Virus record (IMG/VR): IMGVR_UViG_3300025543_005580
Span: 32,001-96,000 of that record
Origin: a virus
DNA: 64,000 nt
Direction: 5' to 3' (one strand)
Part shown: piece by piece, positions 57,804 through 64,000 of the stretch
How positions within the stretch are numbered: position 1 is the first letter of the stretch
Layout: each line of letters opens with the position of its first letter
Made by a program: the position numbers and the translations under genes
Notes under the pieces: model-generated
What the model saw: only the letters and a program-made list of their open reading frames with translations
What the model was told of the DNA's origin: nothing
Database searches by the model: none

Positions 57804-59146
57804 TATTTAGACTTTAATTTTTCTGCTAATCTTTTAGCAATTTTTTCGGCTTTACTTAAATCGCCTTTATTCATTGCTTTTCTAGCTTGTTGGAGTTGAT
57901 AAGTTTTAGATATATCTCCTTTATGTTTATTCAATGCCTTTTGAATAGCAGAAGCTAACATATCAGCTTTACCTGGGGTTTCTTCGTTTATTTCAATATC
58001 ATCAACAACATCAACTTCCATTTCAGGGGTGATATCATCCATTCTATCTACTACAGCATCAATTGCTGGTTCTTTTAGTTCAAAATCTAAGTAATGCTTA
58101 GCACCTACAATAGCTGATTTAGCATTTGAGATTTTTGATTGCCACCAATGTGGTAAATCAACTTCTCCTTTACCTTCAAAATCATCCATCATTTGGTATA
58201 ATTCCATAGCATATTTTCCAATACGATATAGATCACCTTTTAACATATGAGGTTCGTTATCTTGATGACCAAGATCCATATCTTCTTGCATCATGTCCTC
58301 ATCTTCATCTTCTTCCTCACCGTATTCTTCAATTTCGTCTACGATTGAAGCAATTGTAGTATCGTATCTGTTTGAGCTAGAACCTAAATCGAAAGCACCA
58401 TATGCGTCTCCTTTACTAAGGTAAGATGGGAAGTTTTGTGCGATAATATCTCTGGCTTGATCTCCTAATACTTGGAGTTCATCTAAGATATTTCTTAGCT
58501 CCATAAGAGCTTCTACTTTATCTTCATTTAATGCATTTTCACTTAAAAATTTAGCTTTTGCTGCTTTAAAATCACCTTTGTATAGTTGTTTAACTATTTT
58601 ACGTCCTAAAGTTTCTAATTGATCTAAATCTAAAGAATGAGGTTTACCAAATCCTTTTAAATATGCCGCTCCAATGTCTCCATACTCTGCAGGATCAATT
58701 ACATCTTCAACACCTTCTTTTAGATCACCTAATTCCTTAGCTGCTCTAACAAGATCATTTCTTGCTTCATCTTCACCAACACCTCTGTATTTGGCTATCT
58801 TTTTAATAGCCATTTTAGCAATGCGTTTTTCTTCAGATGAAGAACTTTCATCTAGGTTTTTTTCAATTGCCGCGCCACGTTTTTCTTCGTAATCTGAAAG
58901 TTTACCATCTTTATTTAGATCGGCTGCTTTAGGATTTTTAAGAGAATCTTTAATCATCTCTCTAACTTTATCTTGATTCATATTTTCAGTTTTTTTCTTA
59001 GCCATATTAGTTGCGCGACCATACATTACTGCTTCCGCGTCCTTACCATAACGTTTAACGAAGGACCTCTTATTTGTTTTGAGGTCCATTATCGCATCTT
59101 CTCGATTTTCGAGTTCTTGTTTAGTAAGTTCGCGTTCGTTAAGCAT
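57803..59146 (-). CDS. Modular acidic putative head polyprotein
   Basis: Start moved to MLNERE because the upstream part overlaps the Hc1-like gene. DLNKDGKLSDYE and LPHWWQSKIS modules; LDE/LKE/LNE/INE junctions. Confidence 0.65.
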   Translation of the reverse strand: MLNERELTKQELENREDAIMDLKTNKRSFVKRYGKDAEAVMYGRATNMAKKKTENMNQDKVREMIKDSLKNPKAADLNKDGKLSDYEEKRGAAIEKNLDESSSSEEKRIAKMAIKKIAKYRGVGEDEARNDLVRAAKELGDLKEGVEDVIDPAEYGDIGAAYLKGFGKPHSLDLDQLETLGRKIVKQLYKGDFKAAKAKFLSENALNEDKVEALMELRNILDELQVLGDQARDIIAQNFPSYLSKGDAYGAFDLGSSSNRYDTTIASIVDEIEEYGEEEDEDEDMMQEDMDLGHQDNEPHMLKGDLYRIGKYAMELYQMMDDFEGKGEVDLPHWWQSKISNAKSAIVGAKHYLDFELKEPAIDAVVDRMDDITPEMEVDVVDDIEINEETPGKADMLASAIQKALNKHKGDISKTYQLQQARKAMNKGDLSKAEKIAKRLAEKLKSK

Positions 59147-59156
59147 GTGTTTTTTT

Positions 59157-59312
59157 TTACTTGTGTCCTCTTTTGAAGTCAGCGGATAAGTTTTTGATTT
59201 TGTTAGCGGCAGATCTACATCTTCCTTTAGCTGCAGCTGATGTTTTGTCAATTTCTGCTTCAATCAATAATACTTGTTCTTTGATTCCTTCTAATAATTC
59301 TTTAGTTTCCAT
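59157..59312 (-). CDS. Histone H1-like (Hc1-type) small DNA-binding protein
   Basis: Read by hand, below the ORF-track cutoff: METKELLEGIKEQVLLIEAEIDKTSAAAKGRCRSAANKIKNLSADFKRGHK*. Resembles the K.AAxxRxRxA...K.L...F(R/K) pattern. Confidence 0.65.
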   Translation of the reverse strand: METKELLEGIKEQVLLIEAEIDKTSAAAKGRCRSAANKIKNLSADFKRGHK

Positions 59313-59359
59313 AATTTTTATTGTTTTATAAATTTAATTGTTTGTTTATTTTTATTTTA

Positions 59360-60676
59360 TTATAATAATTTGTTTATCAAGCCATCGTTACCTCTACGAA
59401 CTGTAGATTCGTTAATTGACTCATTATTATCTACTTTAGAAACGTGTGCTCTAGTAAAGTAAGTAATTGTATTACCAATTTGATCAGTTAGTTTTTCATC
59501 TCCTAATTTTTCAGCTTCTTCTTGAGCTTTCATTAGTAAACTTTGAACTGCGATTTCATCTTCACCTTCACCTGGCATACTACCTTTTACGTCAATATCG
59601 GTTTCAACTGATTCATCATCAACTTCAACATCTTTTTCAATGTCAACATCAACTTTTTCGTTGTCTTCAACATCTACTTCTTCTGCTTCATACATATCAT
59701 CTCCTTCATCCATATCTTCTATTTCGGCTACTGGGTCATATGCATCTGTAGTATCATTGATTGTGATTTCAGCTTCAGCCATCATAGCTGCTTTAATCAT
59801 TTCTTTTAACTCTGATTTTTTCATTTTAGTTTTATTTTCGTTTAATTCAGTAGGCATTTCTTCATCTACTATTTCTTCTTTGGTATATGATTTTCCACAC
59901 ATTTTTTCGTATAGTTTTTCCATCTTGGCTTTTCGTCTTTCAAGATCTTTAACTTCACGCTGCATTTCTTTCATTTTTTTCTTATCAACTAATTGCGATA
60001 AGTTATCATCCTCAGTAACCATTGAAATTCTTTGGTTTTTAGATTCGATCATTTCATCAATAGCTGCAATTTTAGCTTCTAAAGCAACAACTTGTGATTG
60101 TTTTTCGATTTCAGCTAATTTGCTGTCTACTGTTTCTTTTTTCATTTTATTTGATTTTGTTTTTTTAATTTCTTCTTCTTTAATTTCTTCCATGTAGTCG
60201 CTCATTTCTTTTCTGCGCTCCATATAATCGGTTTCTACATCATCAGTCATACCAAGATCCGCTTTGGAATCTTCGGCTGAAATGATTTCAATTTCGCCTT
60301 CAGGGGTAATATAAGCTACTTTAGCATTTCTTGAAGCAGCATTAGTAACTAAATAACCATCACCTTCAGGACGGATTACAAATGAACCACCAGCATAATC
60401 ACCTAAATAATTAGCAATACCGAATCCTCTACTGTCTTCCCAATCATCACCTGGTGTGTTAGGTCCTGCTTCTACATCTAAATCAAAACCACCACCACGA
60501 GGATCAGCTTCAATTGAGTTAGGTGTAATTATATATTTAAGATCTAATTCATTATCTTCAGCTGTAAATTCATCAGCAACTGCTTGAGCTACTTTTTGAA
60601 CTAAATCATCAGTAAGTTCTACTTCGTTTAGTAGCTTACCTTCAGCTAAATATTTTTTATAATTAAAATTATCCAT
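59360..60676 (-). CDS. Modular putative internal head polyprotein, KYLAEG leader family
   Basis: Starts MDNFNYKKYLAEGKLLNE; internal MKKETV and MKKSELKEMIK modules. Confidence 0.7.
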   Translation of the reverse strand: MDNFNYKKYLAEGKLLNEVELTDDLVQKVAQAVADEFTAEDNELDLKYIITPNSIEADPRGGGFDLDVEAGPNTPGDDWEDSRGFGIANYLGDYAGGSFVIRPEGDGYLVTNAASRNAKVAYITPEGEIEIISAEDSKADLGMTDDVETDYMERRKEMSDYMEEIKEEEIKKTKSNKMKKETVDSKLAEIEKQSQVVALEAKIAAIDEMIESKNQRISMVTEDDNLSQLVDKKKMKEMQREVKDLERRKAKMEKLYEKMCGKSYTKEEIVDEEMPTELNENKTKMKKSELKEMIKAAMMAEAEITINDTTDAYDPVAEIEDMDEGDDMYEAEEVDVEDNEKVDVDIEKDVEVDDESVETDIDVKGSMPGEGEDEIAVQSLLMKAQEEAEKLGDEKLTDQIGNTITYFTRAHVSKVDNNESINESTVRRGNDGLINKLL

Positions 60677-60692
60677 TCCTAATATATTTATG

Positions 60693-60701
60693 TATAAATA
60701 T
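60693..60701 (-). promoter_or_regulatory. Putative late promoter (cargo array)
   Basis: Conserved intergenic motif. Confidence 0.7.
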
Positions 60702-60703
60702 GG

Positions 60704-60997
60704 TTATTTTTTAGACTGATACGTCCCTTTCTTGTATTTTGCAGATTTTGTGTTTTTAACAAATTGTTTACCTTTTTTATCACCACGGACTTTTTTAGCT
60801 ACTGTAGCTTTTCTTTCTGCCTTTGTTAAGGATTGAGCTTTTTTTCTAGGCAAACATCTAGTAGTTGCTTTACCTTTTTTCATAGTACCACAAGGGCCAG
60901 TAATGTTACCAGCCGTATCAATTCGAACCCAATCCTCTTTTTTAAACCAATCGCGAAGGGATTCTGAAATTATTTCTTGTAGTCTTTCGTTTGTCAT
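60704..60997 (-). CDS. Small basic protein after an IISE leader
   Basis: SLRDWFKKEDWV...GPCG...RCLP..KA.SL...ER; Lys/Arg-rich. Confidence 0.65.
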   Translation of the reverse strand: MTNERLQEIISESLRDWFKKEDWVRIDTAGNITGPCGTMKKGKATTRCLPRKKAQSLTKAERKATVAKKVRGDKKGKQFVKNTKSAKYKKGTYQSKK

Positions 60998-61578
60998 TAT
61001 GAAACTGCGTCTTCAACAGCACCTTTTAAAATAGTATTTACTTCAATACCTTTAATTGCTGCTTTTAAACTATATATTCCACCTTTAAGATAACTTGCTT
61101 TTTTAAGATAAGCAACAGCTTCACCTCCTGCTTGACCTGCCATTAAGAAGATTATAACAGCATATAATACATCGGATATCCATTTTTGTTTTTTGGTGTC
61201 TTTAGTAAAGATACTTACTATTCGTTTAATTGGAGCTTTAAATGCTTCTTCATTTTTATGAGTAAAATCATAAATTTTCTTGGCGGCCTCTTCACCTTTA
61301 CCAAAATTATGTTTAGCAAATTGTTTTTTAGCAAATTTAGAAAGCATATTAGCTATTGTATTAGATAATAAAATATATCCTATAATACTAACAGTAATTG
61401 CTACCTCATTGATTTCTTTATCGGACTTTTGAATTTCTTCTTTATGGTCTTCTAATTCATCTTTAATTTCATCTGCTAGATCATCTGCAAATGCATCTAA
61501 TTCAGCACCAAATTGATCTTCTTCACTTTCAAATAGCTTGCCTTCAGCTAAATATTTTCTTAAATCGAAATTATCCAT
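60997..61578 (-). CDS. Putative internal head protein with hydrophobic helices, KYLAEG leader family
   Basis: Starts MDNFDLRKYLAEGKLFES; hydrophobic segments follow INE. Confidence 0.7.
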   Translation of the reverse strand: MDNFDLRKYLAEGKLFESEEDQFGAELDAFADDLADEIKDELEDHKEEIQKSDKEINEVAITVSIIGYILLSNTIANMLSKFAKKQFAKHNFGKGEEAAKKIYDFTHKNEEAFKAPIKRIVSIFTKDTKKQKWISDVLYAVIIFLMAGQAGGEAVAYLKKASYLKGGIYSLKAAIKGIEVNTILKGAVEDAVS

Positions 61579-61608
61579 TTTATTTTTTCTTTAAGGGGTT
61601 TAGTTGAA

Positions 61609-62004
61609 TTAACTATTTTCCCAGTCTTTTTTTCTTCTATCTACTTCTTGGTAAAAAGCTTCTTCTCCTTTTTCTTTCCAACTTAAATAATCAGCATATT
61701 TTTCAGGAAAACTAACTATCCATTTATTAATAGCATCATAAGCCTTTTTAACAGATTCAGGTGAAGGATTTATTCTAGGAACAGAGACATCAAATTGGCC
61801 ATCCCACCATCCTGTCATATCATCATTCCAATCGATTCTGAATACATCTGGAAATCGCATAGTTCTAAGTTTTGCTCCTGTTTTGATTTCTAAATCTTTA
61901 GCCATTTGTTCAAAGTCATTAAACATTTCTTTTCTTGAAGGAGTAGTTTCTTGTTCAAATAATCTACCTTCAGCTATATATTTTTTTAAATCGAATGTAT
62001 CCAT
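61609..62004 (-). CDS. Putative internal head protein, KYLAEG leader family
   Basis: True start is MDTFDLKKYIAEGRLFEQ at 62004; the track's longer start overlaps the upstream gene. Confidence 0.7.
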   Translation of the reverse strand: MDTFDLKKYIAEGRLFEQETTPSRKEMFNDFEQMAKDLEIKTGAKLRTMRFPDVFRIDWNDDMTGWWDGQFDVSVPRINPSPESVKKAYDAINKWIVSFPEKYADYLSWKEKGEEAFYQEVDRRKKDWENS

Positions 62005-62005
62005 T

Positions 62006-63790
62006 TTATTTTTTCTTTTTTCTTCCAGACATTTGTCCTTTACATACTTTAACTGCACGACCTGATAAATAAGCAGATGATTTTTCTCCTGCTGCTTTAC
62101 GTCTTTTGATATATGCCTTGCCTTTAGGACATAATTCTTCTTCAATTACACCTTCACCTAATTTAATAGTTTCGGCTAATTCTTGAGCCACTGATTTTTT
62201 CTTTTCATCACTACTATGACCAAAGGTTTTATGAACTAGTTTATCTAATTCTTTGTGAAATTCATTTTCCTCGTCTTCTGTAGCTTCATTTACACCATCA
62301 AAATCTCTTTGTTTTAAAGCAGCCATAATAGCGTATACAGCATCTTGTTCGCTATAATCGTATCGTTTAGCCATTGCCTTAATAAAACGACTTACTGCTT
62401 TAGATACTTCAGGATTAAGTGATTCTTTTATTTCACCTAACATGTTTGGATCCATATTAATGAAATCATCTGATACAGCAAATACTTGGACAACTCCATT
62501 TTCTTTATCTACTATGTCGATGTCTTCTAAATCATATTCTGCTTTCAAATCTCTAGCTACATCACCAGCTAATCGCATAGCTTCAGCAGCACTTTCTCTT
62601 CGGATTTGACCAGTCATTGTTTCTTTACCTAATGCAATTGATGAACCACCTGGTCCTAAATCATATTCGATATTAACATATAGGAAGTTAGGGAATTTTT
62701 TATCTTTAACATAGCTAGGCATAGATACTCTTGCTCTAGAAGCTTCAGCTATTGATTTACCTCGTTGTTTAGCTTTTCTAACTAATGAATTCCAATTAGA
62801 TAAATCATATTCATCCCATGGTTCAACCTCCATTTTATTGAATGTTTTTTCTTGACCTTCTACTGGTTTGCTATTTAGGTAATGTGTTTCGTTTTGAGTT
62901 AATTCAAAGAATCTATCTACTTGATCTTGGGTAGGCATTTTGCTTTCACCTTCAGCTATTGCTTGATCATAGGTCATTTCTTTTCTACCTGATAGTTTAG
63001 CTATTACTTTATCAATACGATTTAATTTACTACCATATTCATCAGCAATTGGCCCACCTTCTGGTTCAGCTTCTTGCTCCATATCACGCATTAATTGTGC
63101 TCTTTCTTTTTTGAGGAATGCTATTTTTTTAGCATTATCAAAGAATTTATCGTTACCATCATCACCAGCATTAGCAGCTCTCATTTTAGCTAATTTATCT
63201 TTAGCAGCTCTCATTTTCATAAGAACTGGGTCATTGATGTCCATTTCTTCTAAATTGCCTGCTTGAAGTTCGTACCCCCAACGCTTAAGTTTAGCTTCTA
63301 ATTCAGCTTTATCTTTAGCTTCAAAATCGAATGAATCGTTTACACCATAGTAACCCATACCTCTTTTATAGATTTTAGTTTCACCAGCATCACCTTTAGG
63401 ATCATCATAGATAGCAATTTCACCATCGGTAAATGTACCTTCGTTTACTGATTCTTCATAGTAATCTTTATGACCACCGTTTACTCTAAAAATATCGCTA
63501 TATTCTCTTCTTGAATAATTTGATGAATCACCTGAAATAGTGATACCTGAATTTCCACCCCAATTCAAACCTGCTGAATCTAGTCTTTGACCAATGTCAT
63601 CAACAATTTCATCTGGGGAATCTTGGCCTGTAATAATATCAATTTCATCCCATTTTGGAACTAACATTATAGTGAATGGGTAGGTTGATTTGCTTAGTAT
63701 TTTAACTACTTTATCAAAATCTTCTTTTGTTACCTTATTTTCTTCTAAAGGTTTAGAAAAGAATTCTTGTATTTTTTTAATATCTTCCAT
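62006..63790 (-). CDS. Modular putative head polyprotein
   Basis: Unrelated-looking 50-110 aa segments separated by PLEE, SVNE, NLEE, AIAE, SIAE, IKE, GVNE and LAE; basic C-terminal module. Confidence 0.65.
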   Translation of the reverse strand: MEDIKKIQEFFSKPLEENKVTKEDFDKVVKILSKSTYPFTIMLVPKWDEIDIITGQDSPDEIVDDIGQRLDSAGLNWGGNSGITISGDSSNYSRREYSDIFRVNGGHKDYYEESVNEGTFTDGEIAIYDDPKGDAGETKIYKRGMGYYGVNDSFDFEAKDKAELEAKLKRWGYELQAGNLEEMDINDPVLMKMRAAKDKLAKMRAANAGDDGNDKFFDNAKKIAFLKKERAQLMRDMEQEAEPEGGPIADEYGSKLNRIDKVIAKLSGRKEMTYDQAIAEGESKMPTQDQVDRFFELTQNETHYLNSKPVEGQEKTFNKMEVEPWDEYDLSNWNSLVRKAKQRGKSIAEASRARVSMPSYVKDKKFPNFLYVNIEYDLGPGGSSIALGKETMTGQIRRESAAEAMRLAGDVARDLKAEYDLEDIDIVDKENGVVQVFAVSDDFINMDPNMLGEIKESLNPEVSKAVSRFIKAMAKRYDYSEQDAVYAIMAALKQRDFDGVNEATEDEENEFHKELDKLVHKTFGHSSDEKKKSVAQELAETIKLGEGVIEEELCPKGKAYIKRRKAAGEKSSAYLSGRAVKVCKGQMSGRKKKK

Positions 63791-64000
63791 TATTTAAATG
63801 CGTTTATTGCTCTTTCGTCTTTAAAATGATCTTGGACTGCTTTTAATGCTACCTCTCTATCTTCAGGGGATAAAGCATTGAATCTAGCTAATATTCTATC
63901 GTTATTGTCTTTTGCTCTTCTATACTGACCACCATCATCTATGTACTCATAGTAAGCATCGTATGATTTAAAGTATTTTAAAAAATCATCTAATGATGAT
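63790..64000 (-). CDS. Partial hypothetical protein (3' end)
   Basis: ...LDDFLKYFKSYDAYYEYIDDGGQYRRA...AINAFK*; the TAA overlaps the next ATG. Confidence 0.65.
   Translation of the reverse strand, partial: SSLDDFLKYFKSYDAYYEYIDDGGQYRRAKDNNDRILARFNALSPEDREVALKAVQDHFKDERAINAFK

Noticed and set aside
59147-59263. Track N-terminal extensions of ORFs 57803-59263, 61609-62145, 41276-42469, 38720-39520 and 53525-53908
   Set aside because: They overlap other genes, promoter motifs or a structured leader; downstream ATGs fit better.
861-60701. Plus-strand TATAAATA as canonical T4 late promoters driving plus-strand genes
   Set aside because: No credible plus-strand genes follow them, and their positions track minus-strand starts. 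Antisense transcription cannot be excluded from sequence alone.
1-64000. Alternative genetic code (stop-codon reassignment seen in some large phages)
   Set aside because: Core genes are full-length under the standard code, and TAA, TAG and TGA all end genes at sensible positions.
1-64000. tRNA or rRNA genes
   Set aside because: Intergenic gaps are short and I saw no cloverleaf or T-loop signatures; a tRNAscan run would confirm.

Overview
This 64-kb AT-rich window is the virion morphogenesis region of a large T4-like (myovirus) phage. All real genes lie on the minus strand, and the plus-strand ORFs are antisense shadows. In transcription order (right to left) it holds: (1) a cassette array of acidic, probably capsid-internal proteins, six of which share the N-terminal peptide M(D/N)xF(D/N)LKKYLAEG(R/K)L, plus an Hc1 histone-like protein and a PD-(D/E)xK-like nuclease; (2) a small metabolic operon (FAD oxidoreductase, cupin, P-loop kinase); (3) terminase, portal, prohead protease, scaffold, major capsid, PhoH, neck and tail-terminator genes; (4) five Gly-X-Y fibre proteins, namely a 675-aa and a 4333-aa Gly/Ser/Thr protein plus three paralogues with matched 42/42/43-aa periodicity; (5) a six-gene modification cluster (GT2-methyltransferase, two 2OG-Fe(II) oxygenases, two GT4 proteins, an Aah/TibC-like protein O-glycosyltransferase); (6) sheath, tube, a tail chaperone with a probable +1/-2 frameshift, and the start of the tape measure gene. 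A conserved ATATTTATA/ATATGTAT motif precedes most late genes. SD-less A-rich leaders and the Hc1-like gene suggest a Bacteroidota host (inference). The best candidates for new biology are the signal-peptide-tagged capsid cargo cassette and polyprotein system, and the fibre glycosylation/hydroxylation system. Family calls come from recalled motifs and gene order, not database searches.
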